NCBI GenBank assembly: GCA_028278035.1
Contig: JANQFC010000027.1
Location: 214,016 to 278,015, forward strand
Reading direction: 5' to 3'
DNA length: 64,000 bases
DNA from: Chlamydiales bacterium
GTDB taxonomy: Bacteria > Chlamydiota > Chlamydiia > Chlamydiales > SM23-39
Notes under the pieces: generated by a model
The model's database searches: none
What the model was told of the DNA's origin: nothing
The model's input: only the letters and a program-made list of their open reading frames with translations
Program-made: the position numbers and the translations under genes
Shown here: positions 33,268 through 42,227 of the stretch, piece after piece
Layout: each line of letters begins with the position of its first letter
Position numbering within the stretch: the stretch's first letter is position 1

Positions 33268-34350
33268 TTATTTAGAAACAAGCATTTTTTTATTTATTTT
33301 ATTCCACCAGAAAATAAACTTGGAATAAATTTCATCAGACTTCAAATATCTAGTGCAAGCTCCTGTAATACAAGTTCTTAAATCCGGACATTGTTTACTG
33401 AAAAGCTTATTGTAAGGACATTTTGCTTGATAAGCAAAATGTATATCTCCTATCGGCTTAAATACTTCTGCAATAGTAGGTCCAAAAATACTAAAACTGG
33501 GAGTTGAAATAGTGCCACATAAATGAAGAGACGATGAATCCATTGCCACTACTAAATCTACATCATTCATTAAATTTTGCCATAAAGGAATCGGAAGTTT
33601 GTCAATTATGATTGAAGAATCTTTATATTCCTGATTTAATTTTCGACAGGTGAATTTTTCTAACTCATTTCCCCAAATAAGCAAAAATGAAGCATTTAAA
33701 TTATTCTGAATAAGCCTCATAAAAGATAATAAACTTTCAAAAGAAAGTTGTTTGCTAGGCCATTTAGCACCGGGACAGATCATTACTTTCATATTTGTCT
33801 GAATGTTGGGATGAGATAAAATACTTTGCAGTTTAAGCTTTTCCAGCTCATTGATTTTTAATCTAACCCCCTTCAAATGAATATGATTGAAATCCAAAAA
33901 GTATTTTTTTACTACCTCCAGATATTGAAGCCTCATATTAAGATGCTTATCAACATCTATATGATATTTAGTAGATAATAAATTAGGCCATTCTTTTACT
34001 GTTTTTCTGCCGAAACCTACTTTTGCAGTCCCTTTGGAAAACAAAGTAATCAATGCTGATTTGCAGTTTCCCTGCAGATCAAAAATAACGTCGTATTTTT
34101 CCTTTTTCAAATGCGTGATAAATCTATATATTGAAATCCAAGTTCTTTTTTTAAAAAGATTTTTTTTCCATCTTTTGATATCAAATAAGATAGTCTTGGC
34201 AATTAACGGATTAGATTGAATGATAGAAAAATAGGGTTTTTCAACTACCCAATGAATATCAATATTATCTTTGGCACTTAGATAATCCACTACATTCAAA
34301 GATTGTATTATATCTCCCAAAGAAGAAACTTTTACTATTAAGATTTTCAT
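33268..34350 (-). CDS. GT9 lipopolysaccharide heptosyltransferase (WaaC/WaaF-like)
   Basis: MKILIVKVSSLGDIIQ, DLQGNCKS, PGAKWPSKQ, MDSSSLHL, FGPT. Confidence 0.88.
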   Translation of the reverse strand: MKILIVKVSSLGDIIQSLNVVDYLSAKDNIDIHWVVEKPYFSIIQSNPLIAKTILFDIKRWKKNLFKKRTWISIYRFITHLKKEKYDVIFDLQGNCKSALITLFSKGTAKVGFGRKTVKEWPNLLSTKYHIDVDKHLNMRLQYLEVVKKYFLDFNHIHLKGVRLKINELEKLKLQSILSHPNIQTNMKVMICPGAKWPSKQLSFESLLSFMRLIQNNLNASFLLIWGNELEKFTCRKLNQEYKDSSIIIDKLPIPLWQNLMNDVDLVVAMDSSSLHLCGTISTPSFSIFGPTIAEVFKPIGDIHFAYQAKCPYNKLFSKQCPDLRTCITGACTRYLKSDEIYSKFIFWWNKINKKMLVSK

Positions 34351-34390
34351 AAGGAATTAATTATATCTAAAGATAAGTATCTTGAAAATA

Positions 34391-35239
34391 TCATATTGTA
34401 ATAATATCAGAAAAATCTTTGGGATACTTAGATCTAATTACGATGTTTTCATCAGTAAGCGGATGAATAAAATCTACCTTGGAAGCATGCAACATGATCC
34501 TATTTATAAAAGGCTTGTATTTAAACTTTTTGGAATATAAATAATCCCCTAAAATCGGATGGGATATTTCTTTCATATGAATTCTTAACTGATGAGTCCT
34601 GCCGGTAATTGGAGTTAATTGAACTAAGCTTATATCGTTTTTTGTTTTGATAAGCTCTAACTTTGTTAAAGCGAATCTTCCCTCTTTTTTAACTCCATAA
34701 ATTGTCTGTCCATGAATACTGTTTATCTTAGCTATCTTTTTTTCAATAATTTTGTTTTTTTCTAACACTTTACCATCTACTATTGCCAGATAAGTCTTTT
34801 GAATACTTTTATTTTTAAAAATATTAATAAACTTATCTTTTATTTTAGAGTTTTTAGCTATTAGTAAAACTCCCGTTACATCTTTATCTAGTCTGTGTAT
34901 AAGTAAATACTTTTTCGGAAAATATTTATGAATCTCAATATCCGAGCATACAAAATCCACAGGCTTGTCGATGGCCAGAAAGTATTCATCTTCATATAAA
35001 ACAAGAATGTTGACATTAGTTTTAGAAAGAGCCTTTTTATAATTTTTGGATATCTGAACAGTATCATGCTGCTTGATTTTTTTCGATCCAAAACGCTCTA
35101 TTTTAGAATTTAACAAACAAGCGCCTTTGTCTATCAATCTCTTGGTTTCCTTCAGAGATAAATTTAATTTTTCTTTTACAAAATGCTGAAGATTTTTATA
35201 TTGCTTTTCAACTGTATAACTGTAATATTCTTTTTTCAT
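34391..35239 (-). CDS. RluA/RluD-family pseudouridine synthase
   Basis: S4-like N-terminus, HRLDKDVTG, TGRTHQLRIH, HPILGD.LY, LHA. Confidence 0.93.
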   Translation of the reverse strand: MKKEYYSYTVEKQYKNLQHFVKEKLNLSLKETKRLIDKGACLLNSKIERFGSKKIKQHDTVQISKNYKKALSKTNVNILVLYEDEYFLAIDKPVDFVCSDIEIHKYFPKKYLLIHRLDKDVTGVLLIAKNSKIKDKFINIFKNKSIQKTYLAIVDGKVLEKNKIIEKKIAKINSIHGQTIYGVKKEGRFALTKLELIKTKNDISLVQLTPITGRTHQLRIHMKEISHPILGDYLYSKKFKYKPFINRIMLHASKVDFIHPLTDENIVIRSKYPKDFSDIITI

Positions 35240-35241
35240 TT

Positions 35242-36726
35242 TTAAGCTTCAAGATTCTCAAAGAAATCTACTAACAGTCTAACGCCCACGCCTGTTGCAA
35301 AAGTAGGATGCAGACCTTTTGGCTTACTTAAAAAGGCAGGCCCTGCAATATCCAAATGAGCCCATTCAACATTATCAACAAACTCTTCCAAAAATAAAGC
35401 TGCTGTTAAAGTGCCGCCTTTTCCTCCCATAGAACAGTTTTTGATATCTGCAATTTCTGATTTTAAAAGCTTTTTATATTCTTTAAATAAAGGCAACTTC
35501 CATACATGGTCACCCGTTCTTTTAGCAGCATTTTCTAGCTTGTCAGAGAGTTTCTCATTATTTGAAATTAAGGCTGCTATTTCCTCTCCCAAGGCTACAA
35601 CACAAGCGCCAGTTAAACTAGCAACATCTATAATTCTGTTGGGTTTTATTTTTTTTACCGCATATGACAGAGCATCAGCTAATATAAGCCTACCTTCAGC
35701 ATCAGTATTTGTAACTTCAACACTTTTATTATTCATGCCTACATACACATCTCCCGGCTTATAACTGGCAGGACCTATTGAATTTTCAGTTGACGGTACT
35801 AAACAGGTAACATTAACTTTTAAGTTTAATTTGGCAATTGTATACATGGTCCCAATAACAGCAGCTGATCCGGACATGTCGGATTTCATAGTGTCCATGG
35901 AAGCAGATGGCTTTAAGCTTAATCCACCTGTATCATAAGTTATACCTTTGCCCACTATCACAGACCTGTCTTTAGATGATGGATTTCCGCTATACTCAAT
36001 AATAATAAAAGCAGGGTGTTTATCAGAACCTCTGTTCACAGCCAGCAAAAGTCCCATTTTTTCTTTTTGTATTCTTTTTTTATCAAAAACATCCACTTTT
36101 ATCTTAGAGGATATCTTTTCAAAACTTTTGGCTACTTTCGCTAAATTTTGAGGCGTTTCATCATCTGCATTATTGTTAACCAGATCTCTAGTTAAATTAA
36201 CTCCGTCAGCTATTATTTTGCCTTTCTCGACAAGCTTTTTATCTTTCGGATCTATCCCAATAAGGCAAGCTTGTTCAAGAGGGGTCGGCTGACTTTTTTT
36301 AGTTGCATGCTTATATTTATCAAAAGAATAATTTGCCAAAAATAATGCTTCTACAATTCCTTTTAAAAGTTGTTTTTTTGTCACTTTTAAATTTTCAGGA
36401 ACAACAATATTTACAGATTTTGCCTTATTAGTTTTTAAGTAAGTTACAACTTCTGCATATATCTCGCTGATTGAAGACTCACTTAAATTTTTTTCTTTTC
36501 CAAGTCCTAATAATAAAATCCTTTTATCTGCTTGATCTGAATAAACTAATCGAAGCTGCTTTTCTTTTGCAAAAAAATCCTTAGCTTTAATAGGAGCTTC
36601 AACAATTGAGTCATATTCTTTAAAGCCAAACAAAGCTACAGGTTCTTTTTTATCTTCAAGAAAAGGCAGAACTAAATAATCTGCCTTATTTTTTTGTTTA
36701 ATATTTTTGGCAAGTTGTATTTTCAT
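35242..36726 (-). CDS. pepA: Leucyl aminopeptidase (M17)
   Basis: GKGITYDTGG, MKSDMSG, NTDAEGRL, HLDIAG. Confidence 0.96.
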   Translation of the reverse strand: MKIQLAKNIKQKNKADYLVLPFLEDKKEPVALFGFKEYDSIVEAPIKAKDFFAKEKQLRLVYSDQADKRILLLGLGKEKNLSESSISEIYAEVVTYLKTNKAKSVNIVVPENLKVTKKQLLKGIVEALFLANYSFDKYKHATKKSQPTPLEQACLIGIDPKDKKLVEKGKIIADGVNLTRDLVNNNADDETPQNLAKVAKSFEKISSKIKVDVFDKKRIQKEKMGLLLAVNRGSDKHPAFIIIEYSGNPSSKDRSVIVGKGITYDTGGLSLKPSASMDTMKSDMSGSAAVIGTMYTIAKLNLKVNVTCLVPSTENSIGPASYKPGDVYVGMNNKSVEVTNTDAEGRLILADALSYAVKKIKPNRIIDVASLTGACVVALGEEIAALISNNEKLSDKLENAAKRTGDHVWKLPLFKEYKKLLKSEIADIKNCSMGGKGGTLTAALFLEEFVDNVEWAHLDIAGPAFLSKPKGLHPTFATGVGVRLLVDFFENLEA

Positions 36727-36738
36727 ATTTTTCCTTTA

Positions 36739-37191
36739 TTAAAATGGGATTTCATCATCAAACGAATCTTTATTTTCGGGAACTTCGGTATTTGGTTTTG
36801 CTCCTGTTGCAAATCCAGCAAACTGATTATCAGAGTTCATTGTTTGCTCAGATGTGTTCAGATTTTGAGATTTATCTTTTTGTCCAAATGGAGAGAACAT
36901 AATGTTAGAAGCTGTTAAGTTCATTGAAACCTGAGGATTACCATTTTTATCAGTATATACTTCAGGTTTATGTAAATCCCCTACTACTACTACAGGACTG
37001 CCTTTTTTCAAAAACGGCAGCATCTTATCAAATTGTTCTCCCCAAATAGTAATTCTCCACCAAATAGTTTCGTCTTTTTTATTGCGTCTAACGTTTGTAG
37101 CTAATATTAATGTAGTAACTTTTTGACCGTTAGCTGTCATTCTAGACTCAGGATCAGCGCCTAAATGTCCTGCAACTGTAATAATATTCAT
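36739..37191 (-). CDS. ssb: Single-stranded DNA-binding protein
   Basis: GHLGADPE OB fold, C-terminal DDEIPF. Confidence 0.96.
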   Translation of the reverse strand: MNIITVAGHLGADPESRMTANGQKVTTLILATNVRRNKKDETIWWRITIWGEQFDKMLPFLKKGSPVVVVGDLHKPEVYTDKNGNPQVSMNLTASNIMFSPFGQKDKSQNLNTSEQTMNSDNQFAGFATGAKPNTEVPENKDSFDDEIPF

Positions 37192-37238
37192 ATAGCTCTC
37201 CTTATATGGTTTATACTAACTTTAATAAAAAAAAGATC

Positions 37239-38315
37239 TTATTTCAATGAAGAAGATTTCTTTTTAAAAAAACTTGTCCAAAAATAAAATATTATTCCAA
37301 TTATTACAAAAGGAATACTCAAATACTGTCCCATTAAAATAAAGCTGTCTTCTTGGAGCAGATCAGACTGTTTCACTTTAAAAAATTCAATAAAAAATCT
37401 AAATAAAAATACTAAAATAAAAAATAAACCTATCAGTTTGCCCTGTTTTTTAAAAAAATATTTTTTATGGGACAAATAAAACAAAATTCCGAAAGTCAAT
37501 AGATAAAAAGCAGATTCATATAACTGAACAGGATGCCTTGGCAGTATCGGTCCTCCGTCTGCCGGATGCATAAAAATTATAGCCCAGGGCACACTAGTTA
37601 CTTTTCCTAAAATTTCCTGATTGAAAAAATTACCTATTCTTATACAAAAGCCTGCAAATGCAGTAGGAATACAAATAAAATCTAAAAGCTGTAAATATGT
37701 CAGTTTAGGATAATATTTTTTATTATAATAAACTAAAAAAAATACCAAAGCTATCATGATAAAAACAGCTGCTCCGTGGCTTGCCAGCCCCGATATTCCT
37801 CCATCCCAAAATTTTATGATCTCTATCGGATTTCTCAAGTACAAAGAAATATCTTCATAAAAAACTATATGGCCCAGCCTTGCCCCTATCAATGTCGCAA
37901 CTACCATAAAAATCGTGATCTTATCTGTTACTAAAAAAGCTTTTCTTTTAATTGATAAAATACAGTTTTTAAATGCTTTTTCTATAAAAGATCGGTTTTT
38001 AATATTGTTATCGATAAAATTATTTAACCTAGATAAGATATTTTGAGAATCTAGATTTTTATTATTGCTAAAAACTTTTTTAATTTTCTCATTCTTGGAA
38101 TGTCTTATTTCATCTTGAATAAGTTCAAATGAAACAACATCTTTTTTATCTAAGTTAATAAAAAGACTGTAATATCTTTTTAATACATTAATAAAGATGT
38201 AATAGCCAACTAAAAAACCAATTAAAAAATATATGCTGTACCAAGCAATAGGCCAATTTATGCCGGGCACATAAAATATTATCTTTTTTGGGTCCCAATA
38301 TATATAATTTATCAT
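37239..38315 (-). CDS. lgt: Prolipoprotein diacylglyceryl transferase
   Basis: GARLGH, GLASHG, RIGNFFNQE, RHPVQLYE, RFFIEFFK; start moved to ATG 38315 to avoid overlap with rlmH. Confidence 0.93.
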   Translation of the reverse strand: MINYIYWDPKKIIFYVPGINWPIAWYSIYFLIGFLVGYYIFINVLKRYYSLFINLDKKDVVSFELIQDEIRHSKNEKIKKVFSNNKNLDSQNILSRLNNFIDNNIKNRSFIEKAFKNCILSIKRKAFLVTDKITIFMVVATLIGARLGHIVFYEDISLYLRNPIEIIKFWDGGISGLASHGAAVFIMIALVFFLVYYNKKYYPKLTYLQLLDFICIPTAFAGFCIRIGNFFNQEILGKVTSVPWAIIFMHPADGGPILPRHPVQLYESAFYLLTFGILFYLSHKKYFFKKQGKLIGLFFILVFLFRFFIEFFKVKQSDLLQEDSFILMGQYLSIPFVIIGIIFYFWTSFFKKKSSSLK

Positions 38316-38337
38316 ATTAATTAATATATGACTGAAT

Positions 38338-38760
38338 ATGTTTAAAATCAAAATATTTACTATCGGTAAAACAAAAGACAGCTATTTATTAAAACAAATA
38401 GCCGAGTATGAAAAAAGATTAAAGTCCCAAGTGAATTGCACTTGGTTTTTCTTAAGGGACAATAAAGCTCTTGATAAAAAATTATCTTTAGAAAAGTTTT
38501 TTATATGCTTGGATGAAAAAGGGATATTATTAAACAGCAAAGACTTTTCAAAAAAAATTTTACATTTTTTAGAAAAACTCAATTCAATATCTTTTGTCAT
38601 AGGAGGATCTGACGGAATTCCCGATCAAATAAAACAAAAATCCAACTATTTAATCTCCCTATCAAAATTAACGTTTCCTCATCAAATAGCCAGATTGCTA
38701 TTTATAGAACAAATCTATAGATCCTTAGAAATTGCTAAAAGCAGCAATTACCATAAATAA
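38338..38760 (+). CDS. rlmH: 23S rRNA m3Psi1915 methyltransferase
   Basis: IGK, LDEKG...S, FVIGGSDG, SLSKLTFPHQIARL..EQIYRS...YHK. Confidence 0.93.
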   Translation: MFKIKIFTIGKTKDSYLLKQIAEYEKRLKSQVNCTWFFLRDNKALDKKLSLEKFFICLDEKGILLNSKDFSKKILHFLEKLNSISFVIGGSDGIPDQIKQKSNYLISLSKLTFPHQIARLLFIEQIYRSLEIAKSSNYHK

Positions 38761-38765
38761 CCTTG

Positions 38766-38794
38766 TCGACAAAAAATTTAAATAAGAATACAAT
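38766..38794 (+). promoter_or_regulatory. Putative sigma66 promoter of PIN/TRAM-acpS
   Basis: TCGACA-N17-TACAAT. Confidence 0.5.
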
Positions 38795-38843
38795 CCACTA
38801 TTGTTATTAATTTATTATAAAAATTTTTTGGAGGCAAACAATC

Positions 38844-39926
38844 ATGAATTTAGCCTTAGTTTTTGCAAGAACATTATTTTTCATATTAAGCATCTTTTTT
38901 ATTACAACTTACATGATAGGCCTAACAATTGGCAATACCAGCGTAAATGCTCTAATAGGAGTTGGTTTAGGTATATTATTCGCTTGTATTCTATATGGTT
39001 TCGACGTTTTGTTTAGAAGGTTTAACTTAAGATCTTTTAATATCGCTGTAATCGGTCTTTTCATAGGTTATTTAATGGGTCAGGCTTTAGTCTTGATCTT
39101 CAAAACTATATTGAATATTAGTTCAACATCTTTCATATTATTTCCTCAAGTTATAGAAATAATAAAAATCGGACTATTTCTATTTGGTCTGTATTTAGGA
39201 ACAATGATGACTTTAAAAGCATCAGATGAGCTATATGTCAGCATTCCTTTTGTGAAATTTTCTGCAATAGCACAAAAGAAAAAAGATTTAATTTTAGATT
39301 CATCAATTTTATCAGACTCCAGAATAATTGATGTAGCAACTTCAGGCTTGATAGATCATCATTTGATAATCCCTCGTTTTTTAATTAAAGAACTTTATGC
39401 CCAAGCGGAAATGGCAGATGAAACAACTAAGGCTAAAGCCAGAAGATGTTTAGATACTCTAAAAAAATTAGAAGAAATACCGACTCTAGGAATTAGATAT
39501 AACGATACAGATTTTCCAGAAATCAAAGATCCTGCGAGCAAGATCTTAAGACTAGCAAGACTTTTAGATGCGAACATTATTTCTGCCGATATCTCCAGGG
39601 TTGAAATGGCCACAATTGAAGGTATCAGAATTATTAATTTACACAATCTTTCAAATGCACTAAAGCCCTTAATGCAGGCCGGCGAACACATTAAAATTAA
39701 AATCCAAAGATATGGTAAAGAACCTAGACAAGGAGTCGGTTATTTAGATGACGGAACTATGGTCGTTGTAAACGGCGGTGGTGATTTTATAGGAGAGATC
39801 ATCGAAGCTCAGGTTTTATCCGTTAAACATACATCATCCGGCAGAATGATATTCTGCAATGCAATAGATGATGATGAATATCAATCCTATTCAGAAGAAG
39901 ATGAGATGGACGAAAATGAATATTAA
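38844..39926 (+). CDS. YacL-like membrane PIN/TRAM domain protein
   Basis: 4 TM, ILDSS...D.RI, IPRF...EL, GKEPRQGVGYLDDGTMVVV, GRMIF. Confidence 0.9.
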   Translation: MNLALVFARTLFFILSIFFITTYMIGLTIGNTSVNALIGVGLGILFACILYGFDVLFRRFNLRSFNIAVIGLFIGYLMGQALVLIFKTILNISSTSFILFPQVIEIIKIGLFLFGLYLGTMMTLKASDELYVSIPFVKFSAIAQKKKDLILDSSILSDSRIIDVATSGLIDHHLIIPRFLIKELYAQAEMADETTKAKARRCLDTLKKLEEIPTLGIRYNDTDFPEIKDPASKILRLARLLDANIISADISRVEMATIEGIRIINLHNLSNALKPLMQAGEHIKIKIQRYGKEPRQGVGYLDDGTMVVVNGGGDFIGEIIEAQVLSVKHTSSGRMIFCNAIDDDEYQSYSEEDEMDENEY

Positions 39927-40284
39927 AGGTATTGGAACGGACATAATCGAAATTTCCAGGCTTAAAAAAGCTTATGCAAGACAAAAAAAGCCTTTTTTAG
40001 ATAAACTTTTTACTAAAAAAGAACAAGAATACTGCAATAAATTCAAAAGTCCTTTTCTTCATTTTGCCGCAAGGTTTGCCGCAAAAGAAGCTTTAGTAAA
40101 AGCTTTGGGAACAGGATTTGGAAAAGACGTTTCTTTTTTAGACATCGAAATTACTAACAATTCAAATGGAAAGCCTGAAATCAGGCTTTCCGAGAATTTA
40201 AATAAGCAATTTAATACCTCTAAGATTCATCTGAGCATGAGTCACTCAAATGATAATGCAATAGCATTTGTTATTATCAATTAA
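39916..40284 (+). CDS. acpS: Holo-ACP synthase
   Basis: GIGTDIIEISR, ARFAAKEA..KALGTG, GKP, SMSHS; start at ATG 39916. Confidence 0.95.
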   Translation: MNIKGIGTDIIEISRLKKAYARQKKPFLDKLFTKKEQEYCNKFKSPFLHFAARFAAKEALVKALGTGFGKDVSFLDIEITNNSNGKPEIRLSENLNKQFNTSKIHLSMSHSNDNAIAFVIIN

Positions 40285-41093
40285 AAAGCAAAAGGAAGTA
40301 AATACGTAATAAACAAAGTATTTACATTTCTAGGACATCTCTTAGCTAATACTCTTCTTTTATAGCCTAAACTTAAAGTTCCCCAAACACCTAATCGATG
40401 ACCGTATTTAAAACCTAAGTCCAAGTTCTTTTCCCTAATTTTTGCATATCCATCAAAGTTATTTATTACAACTTTTGTTTTATTGCCATAACCATGCATG
40501 AAATCAGCAAAGAATCCCCATTTTTTTCTCTCTTGGGAATTACCTTCAAAAGCTGCCATTAATCTAATCCAGGGAGAACCTTCATTTGCAATCCCCAAAG
40601 CTCCATATCCCCAAACCCGAAATCTCCAGTATTCAAGTCTTGATATTTCTTTTCCTACAGCCGTGTTGAACTCAATATCAATATTGGAATGATACAAAGT
40701 ACTAACATCTTTTAAGCTGTCAGATGATACTATTCTAAAATTACCGCCTACTGTCAAACTGACAGGATCTCCGATAATATCATCACTTACTAAATACCTG
40801 GCTTGAGCACCAACGCTTCTAAAACCAAAAGACTGACGAGGAGTGTCGATAAATTCTAAATCCGCATCCAAACTCCATTGAAGTGACGGAGAATATGCTA
40901 AATTAAAATGAAGCAAATGATCATTGGAAGTCTGGGTTAACTGGTCTACAGCACCGTCTACTTTGCTAAATCTGGAAAAAGCATATTTGGTTAAAAAATG
41001 AAATTCATAAACATCGCCAAACCAGGGAGATCTTTCTAATGAGCACAAAGAGACTGATAGTAACAAAAATAAAAAAATATATTTTATTTTCAT
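40281..41093 (-). CDS. Hypothetical exported protein, probable outer-membrane beta-barrel
   Basis: Signal peptide, alternating aromatic/Gly beta-strand pattern, terminal Phe. Confidence 0.6.
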   Translation of the reverse strand: MKIKYIFLFLLLSVSLCSLERSPWFGDVYEFHFLTKYAFSRFSKVDGAVDQLTQTSNDHLLHFNLAYSPSLQWSLDADLEFIDTPRQSFGFRSVGAQARYLVSDDIIGDPVSLTVGGNFRIVSSDSLKDVSTLYHSNIDIEFNTAVGKEISRLEYWRFRVWGYGALGIANEGSPWIRLMAAFEGNSQERKKWGFFADFMHGYGNKTKVVINNFDGYAKIREKNLDLGFKYGHRLGVWGTLSLGYKRRVLAKRCPRNVNTLFITYLLPFAF

Positions 41094-42046
41094 TAATCGA
41101 TAAACCCTTCTTCAGATAGATACTTTTCTGCATCTAATGCAGCCATGCATCCTGAACCTGCCGCTGTAATTGCCTGCCTATACATATAATCCTGCACATC
41201 ACCTGCTGCAAAAATTCCTTCTTTTGATGTTTTAGTGGTCCCTTTTTGTACCTTAATATAATTATTTAAATCAAACTCTATTTCATTTTTCAAAAAATCT
41301 GTATTCGGGCTGTGGCCTATTGCAAAAAATACGCCTCCGGCTTCTTTTTTTTGTTTTTCATTTGTTTTGTTGTTAAGAATAACAACTGCATTAACAATGT
41401 CATTTCCTAAAACTTCAATAATTTGAGAGTTCCATAACACCTCAATTTTGGGATGTTCAAGGGCTCTTTTTGCCATAATTTTCGAAGCTCTAAATTCATC
41501 TCTTCTATGCACTATATATACTTTTCTTCCGTACTTTGTTAAAAAAACAGCTTCTTCGACAGCACTGTCCCCTCCGCCTATCACAAATAAATTTTTATCT
41601 CTAAAAATAGGAGCAGCTCCATCACAAACAGCACAGGCAGTAACTCCTTTTTGCCAAAATTCTCCTTCTCTAGCTCCAGGGATGTCTAATTTCTTTGCAG
41701 CAGCTCCTGTTGCAATAATAACAGCATTTGCATGAATCTTAGTCTTGTTCCCTTCAATCAAATAAGGCTTTTTTGAAAAATCAACTTTAATAGCGTCTTC
41801 CATTACACATTTACTGCCAAACTTTACAGCCTGCTCACGCATATTTTCCATAAGCTTAGGCCCTATGATTCCCCCCGGAAACCCGGGAAAGTTCTCAACA
41901 TCGGTTGTGGTCATAAGCTGGCCGCCTACGGGCCCCGACATAAACCCTTCAAAAACCAAAGGCGCCAAATTTGCTCTTGCAGCATAAATAGCTGCAGTAA
42001 ATGCAGCAGGGCCGGAACCTATTATTACTAAATTTTTTATATCCAT
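41093..42046 (-). CDS. trxB: Thioredoxin reductase
   Basis: [34 protein letters not shown]. Confidence 0.97.
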   Translation of the reverse strand: MDIKNLVIIGSGPAAFTAAIYAARANLAPLVFEGFMSGPVGGQLMTTTDVENFPGFPGGIIGPKLMENMREQAVKFGSKCVMEDAIKVDFSKKPYLIEGNKTKIHANAVIIATGAAAKKLDIPGAREGEFWQKGVTACAVCDGAAPIFRDKNLFVIGGGDSAVEEAVFLTKYGRKVYIVHRRDEFRASKIMAKRALEHPKIEVLWNSQIIEVLGNDIVNAVVILNNKTNEKQKKEAGGVFFAIGHSPNTDFLKNEIEFDLNNYIKVQKGTTKTSKEGIFAAGDVQDYMYRQAITAAGSGCMAALDAEKYLSEEGFID

Positions 42047-42227
42047 TACTCAGTCCAAAAAGTTAAAAAATATAATATAACAAATTTAATGGAAAAAAGT
42101 ATCCTAAAAATTTTATTTTATAATTTTAATAAGAATCCATCATTAAGACCATTAATTTAATGGCAAATAATAGTTGACAATATACAATATTTACTAAATT
42201 AGGTTTCAAATTAACAAATTTGGGTAA

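Noticed and set aside
26954-39915. Track starts for ruvB (26954), lgt (38351) and acpS (39868)
   Set aside because: The extensions are non-homologous or overlap neighbouring genes; downstream ATGs at 27014, 38315 and 39916 fit better
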